Shown here: piece after piece, positions 38,725 to 50,892 of the stretch
Layout of the letters: each line of letters begins with the position of its first letter
Numbering within the stretch: position 1 is the first letter of the stretch
Translations under genes and position numbers: made by a program
Assembly (NCBI RefSeq): GCF_036321535.1
Contig: NC_087437.1
Location: 83,206,001-83,270,000 of the forward strand
From: Camelus dromedarius
Taxonomy: Eukaryota
Length of the DNA: 64,000 nt
Reading direction: 5' to 3'
Notes under the pieces: model-generated
Told to the model about the DNA's origin: nothing
Database searches by the model: none
What the model saw: the letters and a program-made list of their open reading frames with translations, nothing else

Positions 38725-39200
38725 ACATGACTGTTGGTATCAGGCAAAAGTAACCACTTCTCTAGGAGTCAAAAGAGCCAGAAACTCACTTTCCCATTCC
38801 CTTTGCACCTAGAGTGAGAGGACTTGATCTAGGTTTGAACAGTCGAACACACTCACACTGGATTTGTAATATGAAGAGTGGGAAACAAATGGAAAAAAGG
38901 GAATTTTGGTTGTAAAGTCAGGCAAGGCAGCTATATCAAGACCCCAGCAAATGTATCCTCTGTCTGCACCAACTGCATCATCAGTGTGGGCTGTGGCATC
39001 CTGAGCTCAGTAGCAGTGATAGGAAGTTCTGCCGAGCAAGTGTAGAAATTTGATTTTGGCTGTTGACTCACTGTATTGCTTCCTTCTGTTCCTGCCCATT
39101 TTTACCTGATTCCTCCAATCTCCTTGGAATTTCTATGTAATGGTAAATTTCTATTCAGATAACTAGTTTCCTGTTAGAAACAAGTGCTCTGGCTCCAACC
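38725..39200 (+). mobile_element. LTR33/LTR16-like old ERVL solo LTR within L2-derived sequence
   Basis: aaactcactttcccattccctttgcacctag...gatctaggttt pattern. Paralogue at ~55440-55918. Confidence 0.55.
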
Positions 39201-40802
39201 AAAGAGAGAAATAAGGGAGAAACTGGAAAAGGATACTGAGCAGAGTGATCAGAGAAGCAGGAGGGAAACTGGAGAGCTGAGTGTTGTGACCATAAAGGGA
39301 GAAAAAACACTCAAGGTCATAATGAAGTAAGTACAGCACCAACTGGCAAAATGAATGCTGTGGTAGAATAAGGGGTAAACAGAGTTCATTGAGTGCGAGT
39401 AATTAAAGATTTTTAGTGTCTTTAGGGAGAGCAGTTTTCAGGTTACGATTGAGTTGATGCCAGAGAATAGTGACAAATGAATAGGAAACATGGTGTACAA
39501 CGTGAAGGAAGTATTTTTGATTACGCTAAAAAAATGTGGACAACAGTTGGAATTTGGTTACTGCCCATGGACAAAATAAATAAAAGTTTTTGAAAGAGAA
39601 GAGAGGAAAGCATCAAAAAGAGAAATAGGGTAGGAGAACTGGAAGTCAGAAATCTGGGAGGGTGGAAGAAAAAGGAGGAGGAGGAATAGAAAAGCATAGC
39701 AATGATGTGGAGAGATAAGTGTAGGAAAGACAAGCAAATGAAGACAGGGGTAGTACCAGATAAACCCTGAAAAGGATGTAAGGGGAAAGTTTACAGGTGA
39801 ATCTTTGTCTTAACTCTGGTTTTCATTAAATGTTGTGAACACTGGGAATCTTTTCTTATTCTTTTATTCAAAATTCTAAGTTCATTTTCTTAGGGAATTT
39901 GTGTATAAAAGAGAGCGTTTCATTTTAAAGTTTATCTTGGAAATTTTGTTCATAAACATACTAGCATTATTGGAAAGTTCTTTCCATAATTAAAAATTGC
40001 TTTATATTTGTTATTACAGTCATTAGAACTGACTTTCTTTAGAAATACTGCTGGGTTTACTTGACAGCACTTTCTCTTCCACCAGTTTTTCTAGTAGAGC
40101 AAAACTGAGCCAAAGACTGAAGCCTAATTCAGGTGATTAAAATAACCATTGCAAATAACTCCAGTTGTTAAATGTACTTTTAATTGGAATAGGCTCCTTT
40201 TCATGAAATCCCAAATCACTAATAATTGAAAATTCTCAAGTTCAATATGTGTATGTGTCTTTATTAAGTTGTAAAGCTGGAAAGAGCAGAGATATTTTCT
40301 ACATACTTCTTGCGCATTCTCTCTCTTTCTCTTTCTCTGTATTTAAAATAGTCAACAAAATTGCTGTCACAAGTACGCAAAAGAATAGAGGAGCTAATAT
40401 AAATGACTTACCTTAAAAGTTTAATCTGAGATTGTGATCAACTAAAAAGAATGGATATTTAATGAGAATAACTGAAAGATTTTTCACATAGGACACATGT
40501 GACCTGATATTTAAATCCAGTTTAAATTGTTTAACTTTCTAGTACACCAAAACTTACAAAATCATTTTAGTTATATTAGAAAGATAATGAATTATCGTTA
40601 AAGGGAATAATTCAGTCTTACAGGTGTTTTGCTTATCCAGATTTAGTCACAAAAATAAGATATACAGACAATTTATTCATTGTTTTACATTTTCCACTGG
40701 CATTTTTTTGTATTTTGTAAATCAATCTAAAATTATTATAAATTGTACAGTATTTTGACTATTTTACTTAAAGAACAATGAATATTATAGAATCAATTTC
40801 TC

Positions 40803-41200
40803 TCTTACCCATATCTTGTAAGAAATTGTGGAGATCCCTTTGAAGAGTTAGGCTTTCTAAGTAGAAAATAATAAAACAGCACTGGAATGACAATAACACA
40901 AGTAGCAATTCCTTATACACCCATTTATTTTGGAGGCTTTATTTCCCAAGATCAGGAAACTGTTGTTTAAATAAATTTGCTTTGAACGTGAGTCAACCAG
41001 TTATGCAACTGTTTCACTTTTGCCAAAAGAGGAAGGAATGAAGAACTAAATTTCCTTAATAGCACCCAGGGATTCCCTTCAGGACAAAACTAAGCTCTTC
41101 TTCTGGGTATTATAGATTTGAACATGTAGAAGTCCAGGTTATCCCACAGGGCATTATAGTCTGTGAAATCATAAACATCAAGTGATAAACATCAGTTCTA
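40803..41200 (-). promoter_or_regulatory. Putative promoter and non-coding exon 1 of OR5H copy 1
   Basis: Non-repetitive block conserved with 57419-57800. Contains O/E (EBF)-like motifs cacccaggga and tcccacagggca, an adjacent TAAT, and the donor GG|GTAAGA at 40808-40803. It lies 3.2 kb upstream of the CDS, a typical OR layout. Confidence 0.55.
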
Positions 41201-41546
41201 GTTTTAACTATTGAAATTACAGTATTTTCCACCACAGGTGACACTTCTGACGTAGTTATGCAAACTTCAATTTATCTGTAGTTTTTGATGCTCTGTGTGC
41301 CTTGATCAGTGTGGTTTTGTCTGAGCTACTCACACTTGATTTTAATTAAGCCAGAGTTCCAGATTCCCTTCAGGTAACAACTCTAAGAGTGTTGTCCTCC
41401 TTATGTAAACTTTGCTCACATTCCAGACCTACAAGTAACTTCTCACTTTAAGATGAAAATTTATGAAAAAACCTTACCAGGTAAAATTCAGTGGAAGGAG
41501 CAAAAGAAAAAGAAATCCAAGGACCACAGTAGGAGGTGGCCTAGAT

Positions 41547-41660
41547 CAGTGCTTCTTAAACTTTAATTCCTGTGAATCTCCTGGAAATTTTCTTAATATG
41601 CAGATTCTGTTTCAGTAGGTTAAGGATTGGGCCTGAGGGTCTTCATTTCTAACAAGGTGA
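41547..41660. mobile_element. MER5-like remnant
   Basis: cagtgcttcttaaactt...atgcagattctgtttcagtagg...gcctgag...catttctaacaag. Paralogue at 58158-58270. Confidence 0.7.
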
Positions 41661-42696
41661 TGCCTTGGGACATTTGCTATCCTCAGGGTCTCCCTTCATT
41701 TACAGGTTTAGCTGATCAGGGAACACATCATTACAGAAACAAACAAACAAACAAAATGACAAATGTAGCTGGCATGCAAAGAGAGAAGCAAAGCGTAGCC
41801 AGAATGGGCAAGGGAGGCTGGCATGGGTGGGATCACATAGAATCTAGAGACTATGTCAAGGACTTTACTCTGTTCTTTACCCCAGCTGAAAAGAAAACTA
41901 TCGAGGGATTTTGAACATGCTGGTCACATGTTCAGATTTGTCTTTAATTATTAACATGGAAATTGGTTTTGAACATGAATTGAGAAAATAATGGCATTAT
42001 TTATGTCAAAATAGTATGATATGAAAGTGTTTCATATGTTTTGATATCTGAAGAGTCGAAAAATGTTTACCCTCCACTTGGAACTAGATTGGTAGCTGCG
42101 GGAAAGCAAACAGCGTATTTTTTATAAACTCATTAATCAATTATCCTGTGTCCTTAAAATTGTGCTAGTAAAAGCTAAATAAGAAGTGAAAAAACAACAC
42201 AGATCAGAGAAAAGTCATTGTGAAAACTCAGCAGAAGGATAGAGTTAGCGGTATAATGTGCATCATTTAGCTTCAACATAACCCAACTTGACTTAAACAT
42301 AATGCTCCCTTCAATTTTGTATAATTATCTTTTAATTCATTTTATTGCCTATGGATGAATACAGAGGTCTACACTGCAGCTTTCAGTATGAGAAGTCTTT
42401 TCAATTTTAGCATATTTAATAGTTGGGTCAGGGTATCACATTGTGATCTTCATTTGCATTTCCCCAATGACAAATTATATTTAGTATATTTTTGTGTTCT
42501 TATTTGACATGTGTATATCTAGTTTAGTGAAGTGTCTGTTCAAATATTTTGCCCATTTTTAGTGGAGCTATATAATTTCTTATTACTGAGTTTTGAGAAT
42601 TTTCCATATATACTGGATACAAGGCTTTTATCAAATATATGATTTGATATATATATATCTTCTTTAGGATCTTGCTTTCTTTTTCTCCCACAAGGT

Positions 42697-45600
42697 ACTG
42701 GTCCATTATGCTGATTGGACCTAGTGAGCCAGAAAGAGCAACTATTGTAGACCTATTGGTAGACATTTGCATGCTACAAGATGAGAAATAAATCCAACAA
42801 ATTTCAGGGCCCATTTAACTTAGTGAAATTTCTAGGGGTTTAGTTGTGTGTATCATGTGGATATATACCTTCATAGGTGACGGATAAGTTGTTCCATCTA
42901 GCCCATACTACAATTTTAAAAAAGGCAGAACACCTAGTGGGCCCCTGGATTTTACAGGCAACAACATCCTCGTTTGGATGCATTAATCCAACAACTTTAG
43001 CAAGTGATCGGAGAAGTTGCTACTTTTGAATGTGGTTCAGAACAGGAGAAGGAGTTTTAAAAGGTCTAGGCTGATGTACAAGCTGCTCTGCCACTTGGGC
43101 CATATGATCAGGCAGAAACGATGGTGCCTGAAGAGGTAGGGGCAGATAGGGATGCTGTTTGGAGCCTTTGGCAAGCCTTTATAGGTTAAAAAAAAAAAGC
43201 AGTGCAGACCATAAGTTTGAAGCGAAGCCCTGCCATCCACTACAGATGACTACTCTCCATGTGAGAAATAGCTGTCAGCCTGCTACTGAGCCTTATTAGA
43301 GACTGACTGCTTAACCGTAGGCCAACCAATTTTCCATGGGACCAGAGCTGCCTTTCATGAATTTCATGGGGTCAGGTGGTATTATATGACCACCAAACCA
43401 TAAAATTGTGAGAGCACTGCCACACCAGTATAAAATAGAATTGTTATGCACATGCTCTAGCCTGAGCAGGCCTTGAAGGTACCAATAATCTACATAAAGA
43501 AGTGACCCAAATGCCCATGGTCTCCATGCCTGCTACACTGGCTTCTCTATCCCAGCCTGCAATATGGCCTCATAGTGGGTAGCGGGGCATTCTCTATAAT
43601 TAGTAGACAGAGGAAGAGATTACACGGACCTGGTTTATAGATAGTTCTGCAAAATATGTAGACACCATCTGAAAGGGGACAACTACTGTCACTCTGTAAC
43701 AATCCCTAGAGGATAGAAGTGATGGAAAAATCCTCTCAGTTGACAAAACTTTGGGTAGTGCACCTGGTTATTCACTAGCCTAGAAAGAGAAATGGCCAGA
43801 TATATGATAATGTAATGATTCAAGGGCTTTAGCCAATGGTTTGGCTGAATGGTCGGGGACTTTGAAGCAATAATACTGGAAAACTGATGACAAGGAAATT
43901 TGTGGAAGAAATATGTGGATAGATCCCTCTAAATGCACAAAAACATGTCCCATGTGAATGCTTACTAAAGGATGACTTTAGCCGTTGAAGACTTTATAAG
44001 CAAGTGGGTAGAATGTTGCATTCTATGGACACCAGTCAACCTCCTTCTCTAGCCATCCCTGTCATAACCAAATGGGCTTATAAAAAAGGGTCTATGGTGG
44101 AAGGAATGGAGATTATGTATGGGCTCAGCATCATGGACTTCCACTTACCATGGCCAGCTTGGCTAAAGATGTTTCTTAGTGCCCAGTCTGCCAGCAGAGA
44201 TCAACACTGAGTCCCCAATATTGCACTGTTCATCGAGGTAATCAGCCAGCTACCAGGTGACACGTTGATTTCATTGGACAATTTTCCATCATGGAAGGGT
44301 GTTTTGTTATTATCAGAATAGACACTTACTCTAGATATAGATTATTCTTCTCTGCAGGCAAGCTTCTTGCCAAAACAACTATCTGAGGACTTAACAGAAT
44401 TTTTTATCCACTGTCTTCACATTCATCATAGCATTTATCTGATCAAGAAATGTACTTCACAACAAATGAAATGTGGTAATGGCCCCAGGATTATAGAATT
44501 TACTTACCTTACCCTGTTTCCCTCCATTGTGAATCAGCTAATTTGAAAGAATGATAGAATGGCCTTTTAGAACTCAGTTACAGCACTTTCTGGAAGAGAA
44601 AACCATGCCGAGTCAAGGTTCTTCAGAAGGTTGTGTATTTTTTGAATCAGCATCCGTTACTGTTTTACCAAGGCTAGTTTTGAGTTTGACTCAGAGCAAG
44701 AGAAGGCTTTGCAACATGTCTAGGCTGCTATGCAAGCTGTTCTGCTACTTGGGCCACATCCAGCACATCCAGTGGTGCTTGCTGCAGTGGAAGATGCTTG
44801 GACCCTTTAATATTCCTCTAAAGATGGATCACAATGCCAGCCCTTAGAATCTGGGAGCAAAGCACTGTCATCCTCTGTGGATAACTACTCTACTTTAGAG
44901 AAACAGTCATTGGCCTGCTGGTGAACTTCAGTAAAAAAACAAATATTTAACCATGGGCCACCAATTTGCCATGAATCTAGAGCTGCCTTTGACAAAATCA
45001 CTGTTGTCTGACCCACTGACCATAGAGCTGGTTTTGCAGGCAGCATGCCTTCATTAAATGAAAGTAGCATACACTTGATCAAGCATGGACAGGCCCTGAA
45101 GGCCCAAGTAAGTTACATAAAGAAGAGGTTAAAATGCTATTCGTCTCTACTTCTGCTGCCATGGCTTCTCTCTCCCAGCCGGCACCTTTGGTCCCATAGG
45201 GTGTTCTTTATGTTTAGTTGACAGAAAAGAGAAGACAAGACTGAGGACTGATTTTTGGGTGGTTCTGCCTAGGATATAGGCACCATCAGAAAGTAGACAG
45301 CTACAGCACTACAACCCCTCTCTATGACATTCCTGAAGGACAGTGATGGAGTGAAAACTTTCCAGTGGGAAGAACTTTGAGCACTGCACCTGGTTTTTCA
45401 CCTTATTTTGGAGGAGAAATGGGCAGAAGTGTGTTTATATACCAGTTCATTGGCTATGGCCAATGGTTCGGTTGGATGTTTAGGGATATTGAAGGAATGT
45501 GACTGGAAATTGATGACAAGGAAATTTGAGAAGAGTTATATTAATAGATTTCTCTGAATGGGGAAATAACATGAAGATATTTCTGTCCCATGTGAATGCT

Positions 45601-47308
45601 AAACAAAAAAGTGATCTCAGTAGAAAAGGATTTTATCATCAAGTGCTTAAGATGACCCAATCTCTGGACATGAGTCACTCTTACTCATACAACTTCTGTG
45701 ACCATTCAATGGGCTCATAAACCAAGTGGCCATGGTGGCAGGAATAGAGGTGATGCACAGGCTCAACATGGACTTCCACTTACTAAGGTCAGCTTAACTC
45801 TGGCCACAGCTGAGTTCCCAAATGAGCCAAAATCAGAGACCAACACTGAGTGCCTGATATGGGCACCATTCATTGGAGTGATCAACCAGTACCTAGAGAC
45901 AGCTTAATTACACAGGAAAATTTTCATTATAGAAGTGGAAGTGTTTTGATCATGTTAGAGTAGACACTTCACTCCAGATACAGACACAACTAGATACATT
46001 GACTTCCCGGCAATCAATGCTCCTGCTAAAATGTGTATCTTTAGTCTTACACAATTCCTTATTCACTGTCCACAGTATTCCTAACAACACTGATTCTGAT
46101 CAAGGAACTTCACAGTGAAATAAGTGTGGCAGTGTGCCCATGCCTGTGGAATTCACTCATCTTACCCTTCTCCCCACCATTCTGAAGTATATAGTTTGAT
46201 AGAATGGTGAATGGCCTCTTAAAGACTCAGTTACAGCAGAACTAAATGGCAATGTCTTGCAGAACTGGGGCAAGGATCTCCAGAAAGCTGAATGTTTCTG
46301 AAGCAACTTCTAATACATGGTACTGTTTCTCCCATAGCTAGGGCTCATGAGTCCAGGAATAAAGGGGTGGAAATTGGAGTAGCACCTGTGGCACCATTAC
46401 CTTTAATACCCCACTAGCAAAATATTTGTTGCCTGTTCCTGTAATTTGATGCTGTTCTGACCTTGTGGTCTCACTTCCAGAGGGAGGGATGCTTCAATCA
46501 GGACACAATAATGATTCCATTGAGCTGAAAGTAGACTGCCACTTGGTCCCTTTGACTCTACATTCCTTTGAATCATCTGACAAAGAAGGGAGTCACTGTG
46601 TTGGCTGAGGTGATTGATGCAAACAACCAAGGGAAAACTGGACTACTGCTTTACAAAGGGGGTAAGGAAAAGAATGTTTGGAATACAGAAGATCCCATGG
46701 ACTGTCTCATAGAATTATCATTCCCATGGTTAAGGTCAATGGGAAACTTCAACAAACCAATCCAGACAGTAATTCTAATGAACTAGACTCTTCAGTATTG
46801 AAATTTTGGGTTACCCTACCAGGTAGAGAGCAATGTCTACCTCAGGTGCTTGCTGAAGGCAAGAGGAATACAGAAAGAAAAAGAAGTTAGTTAAAATTCT
46901 GACTATAATCACATGACCAGTTACAGATATGAGGACTGTAACTGCCAAGAGATTTCTTTCTCAGTTTGACATGAACGCATTTGTGTGTGTGTAATACCAA
47001 ACAAATACCTTTGTTTTCTTTCTACCCTTATACCCTTATCATGTGACATAAGAGGTATTGACTTACCATTATAGTAGGTAAGTGTTGTTAATTTGACGTC
47101 ACAGTATTCAAGTTACCAGATATCAAAGAGAGGAGTAAAAAAATCACTCAAGGATTTTACCTCCTCATCTGCAGAAGGGGATTACATATTTCAGTTGTAC
47201 ACACATAGCTGTATCATGCTAGGATGAATATAACCTTGAGGTTTTCTTTATTTGGTGATAAAATATGGTTTGGGGATATGTGTATGGGTGCCAAGTGGCT
47301 ATGGGTAA
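42697..47308 (+). mobile_element. 5'-truncated ERV-L internal region (degenerate pol: RT end, RNaseH, integrase duplicated, dUTPase)
   Basis: LVH..MLIGPSEPERATIVDLLV (HERV-L RT-like); caagctgctctgccacttgggccatatga; tctgatcaagga..ttcac (SDQG integrase); KKGVTVLAEVIDANNQGKTGLLL (dUTPase after integrase, diagnostic of ERV-L). Confidence 0.88.
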
Positions 47309-47818
47309 TGTAATGTTTAATTTATGTGTCAACTAGGTGGGCCATGGGCCATTCTGGTATCTGGTTAAACATTATTTTGTGATGCGTATGTGAGAATATT
47401 TCCAGAAGTTATTAGTATGGAATTGGTGGACTCAGTAATGCATTTGACTCTCCCCAGTATATCCGGGCATCGTTCACTCTGCTGCAGGTCTGAATGAAAC
47501 AGTGAGGGAGAGGAAAGTTGAATTCAGTTTCTGCTTGACTAGTTGACTGTGATCTTCAGCTGCTCTTGGTGATCCTGATTCTCAGGACTTCATACTTAGG
47601 AGGAGTCTATACCTTTGGCCCTCCTGTCTTAGGCCTTTGAAGTATGATACTTGCTGTCCTCAGTGTCTAGCTGGCATAGGGCACTTCATGGAGCCTCTTA
47701 GCCTCTGAAATTGTGAGTCAATATCTCATAATAAGTGTCTTGAGATGATAGATATATGATGTTCATATATAGATAGATCTTCCTAGTTTTCTTACCCTGG
47801 GCAACCATGACTAAAATA
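47309..47818 (+). mobile_element. MLT2-family 3' LTR of the ERV-L
   Basis: Starts tgtaatgtttaatttatgtgtcaact, contains ggttaaacattatt, ends accctgggcaaccatgactaaaata. Confidence 0.85.
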
Positions 47819-48354
47819 AGAACTCACTGTATGTTTAGTAAACTTCTTGTTTTATCTTGTAAATTGTGGGAGTTATCATGATGCAGCTATTAGGTATTGC
47901 TCTAAAAAGTCTCACTACCTTTTCAGAAGAGGTAATCATTACATCATTACTTCATAAGGAACATCTTGTGTATGAAATTTTTTTGAAAAAGAAGGTCTAA
48001 AAGCTAGTCTACCTTGATAATTAATTTTTTTTAAAAGTATCAGAGATGCCTCCCATTAACCTTACTGAAATCAGGCAATGAGGTTTTAATTGGCTATCAC
48101 CTGTCAATCATGGTTCCCAAGAAAAAATAATTTTTTAAAAGTCCACAATACTTCATTCTTTAAAACACATGCCCTGTGTCCTTTTGCCCAAAACTGGGAG
48201 GGAAGTATAAACTGAGGTTGGAAACTTTCAGAATATTTTTATACTGCTATTTAAGTAGGGAATAGAGGATATGTAGAAACTCCATTCTGTCTGGTGTCTG
48301 AATATCTTAATATTATACCAATATTGCCTCACTCGTTATTTTAAAGTAGTGATT

Positions 48355-48730
48355 ATCATATATCAGATTGCTATAATGAAATATCATAGACTTTTTGGCC
48401 TTGTATCACAGACATTTATTTTTTACATTCTGGAGGATGGGATGTTCAAGAGTACGGGGCCAGCAGATACTGTACGTGGTGAGAACTTGCTTTCTGGCTA
48501 GTAGCAGACTGCCTTTTCACATGGCCTTTTCTGGTTGAGTAACTCCTGTAGAGAAAGATAACTCTATTATCTCTTCCCTCCTTAACAGGGGACTAATCCA
48601 TCATGAAAGCCTTACTCTCATGACCTAATTTAAGCCTAATTACCTCCCAAAGACCCCACTCTAAGTAGTACCATATTAGTTGGTTAGCACTTCAATATAT
48701 GACTTTTGAGGGAAGCCAGCATTCAGTCCC
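48355..48730 (-). mobile_element. MLT1A-like solo LTR (paralogue of 34082-34472)
   Basis: ttgctataatgaaatatcatagact...cagacatttatt...taattacctcccaaagaccccac. Confidence 0.85.
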
Positions 48731-49120
48731 CATCAGTGGCTTGCATTGTATAGTTCCAAAACAACAGCTTCAATAGGACTGAATCAGAAGCTCAAGTATG
48801 ATACCTATCAATCTGTGCTTTCTTAAGCTCTCCAGGTGATTCTGATGCCCACTGAATTTTGAGAACATTTGTTTTAAAAGAACAACAAAAAAGAGAGAGA
48901 AAGCCTATACGAAGAGGTTTTGACACATTGCAGATACATGTAGTACATAAGATTTGCCATAGTTAGTCAACAACCAAAATTTAATTACCTTGTTCTAGTT
49001 TCGATGATTTGTTTTTGCCTAATCCTAATAATGTTATTTCTTTGGACATAGTATAGGACAATTTTATCCACAAGGTCCTGAACAGTAGAATTCTCACTTC
49101 TACTACAAGGTATTCTAAGG

Positions 49121-49564
49121 TGTCGGTGGCGCGATATCATGTACACGTGAACACGGTGCGGAGAGAAGCGAAGCAGTTCTCTGTTTATTGATTTTTGTAA
49201 AAGGGTTTATATAGGACATGCATGATGCCTCACATACCATCTAAGTTATAACAATGTTAATAATCTTAAGCTATTTAGGTTCCCAGGCTCCAGCTGTAAG
49301 CACAGGATGTTACACGATCAAGGACAGATTGTTTTAAAGTTTGTCACCAAACTTCATTAAGTAGGCCATCTCTTATCCAGCCAGCTATGCCTGTCTTAGG
49401 TTGTCCTCCTCTGAGGATCTTACCCATCATTGACTATCCAGCTACCCATACTGAATACATTAAATAGCCATCTCTTATCCAGCCGGCTACATGACATTTC
49501 TCACAGCTTGTTTATCATTTCAGCCCATGGCTTATTCTCTAGAGCCTTCAGGTGGGGGCCTACA
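49121..49564 (-). mobile_element. Young 444-bp solo LTR (betaretrovirus-like organisation)
   Basis: TG...CA termini; 5-bp TSD TAAGG (49116-49120 and 49565-49569); minus-strand TATATAAA (49213-49206) and AATAAA (49189-49184); retained CpGs; absent at the paralogous site ~34840. Confidence 0.9.
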
Positions 49565-50364
49565 TAAGGTGATGAGAAAAATCATATATACATGCATATA
49601 AAGAGGAATTATGCATTCCTTTTAATCTCCAGGTTAATGAATGCACCTTCATAAGAAAGAGTGTTTCAAGGATACTATTTGTATTTCCAAGGGATTGTTT
49701 AAACCAGCATCAGCAGTGTTCCAGACAACTGGGTGAATTTAGCAAAATGATGTATCATCCTTCACACCTAAGTAGCTGTTAAACAATACATATTTAGTAT
49801 TCATATATATTTCATATTTTCTCTTTAAAGGAATTAGCTGAATATCTTATCCAAAATATGGAGTTTTCACAGGTGAATATTTTACCTTTTTCCCAACATG
49901 CCTCTGAAATGGTGAAAATAATGTACAAAATGAATAAATCTGTAACAGAAGTGAGTGAGATCATATCATTTGACTGGGGATTTTTGTAAGGTCAAATCAC
50001 AGCACAGGAATCTGTCAACCAGACATATACAAGAGAAGGCTACAAGGAAATCTGAGTTTCTGAGAGGCCGCCAATTGTCTGTTCCATATTCACAAACCTA
50101 AATTAGGACTTGACAGGTAATGTTCACTTGACAGGCTGTACCCCACTCATAGACTCAAAGGTTGACATCAAACTTCTCATTCAAAGAAAAATCCATAAGG
50201 AAACAGTTCTAAGTGATGACATAAGAAATATACATCAATTGCCTATGCTTTCAGTTAGTCTTTGGATCATTGCAATGTATGAGCAAGCAGAAATCTAAAT
50301 CATTGACAGGAAACCACCTGAACAATGGAAACATTAGACAGCAATAACAATCAACAAAGTATGG

Positions 50365-50892
50365 GACGTTCTAGCCATAGGAAACAGATAAGAGAAAGAA
50401 AAGGGATCTGAATTGGAGGAGAAGAGGTAAAATTGTCATTATACGCAGATGACATGAAACTACATATGGTAAATCCTAAAGACTCCACACAAAAATTACC
50501 AGAGCTGATAAACAAATTCAGCAAAATAGGTTACAAGATTAACATACAGAAATCTGTTGCATTTCTTTACATTAACAATGAAATAGCAGAAAGTAAGAAA
50601 ACAAAAAACAAGAAACTCTTAAAATAGCATAAAAAAGTACTTAGGAATAAACTGGACCAAATTGAAGTTCCACATTTGGAGATACTAACTACTATATATA
50701 AAATGGATGAATAACAAGGTTCTACTGTATAGCATAGGGAACTATATTCAATATCTTATAATAGCAAATAATGAAAAAGAATATGAAAAGGAATATATAT
50801 GTGTGTAACTGAATCACTATGCTATACAACAGAAATTGACACGACGTTGTAAACTGACCATACTTCAATCAATAAAGCAATAAAAAGGAAAA
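50365..50892 (+). mobile_element. L1 insertion with internal deletion (RT piece joined to 3' UTR)
   Basis: [24 protein letters not shown] (RT YADD), then a jump at ~50660 to the 3' UTR. TSD aacaaa(g/c)tatgg at 50353-50364 and 50893-50904. Confidence 0.88.

Larger units (their letters stand above)
33530..42560. repeat. Segmental duplication unit A (contains OR5H copy 1)
   Basis: Collinear homology with 47820-59170 across the 3' flank, shared MLT1A/MER5/LTR33, CDS, intron, promoter and upstream L1. Confidence 0.9.

Noticed and set aside
42697..46890. Domesticated ERV pol or dUTPase gene
   Set aside because: Fragmented by stops and frameshifts. No ORF reaches 100 aa and the RT catalytic motif appears deleted.
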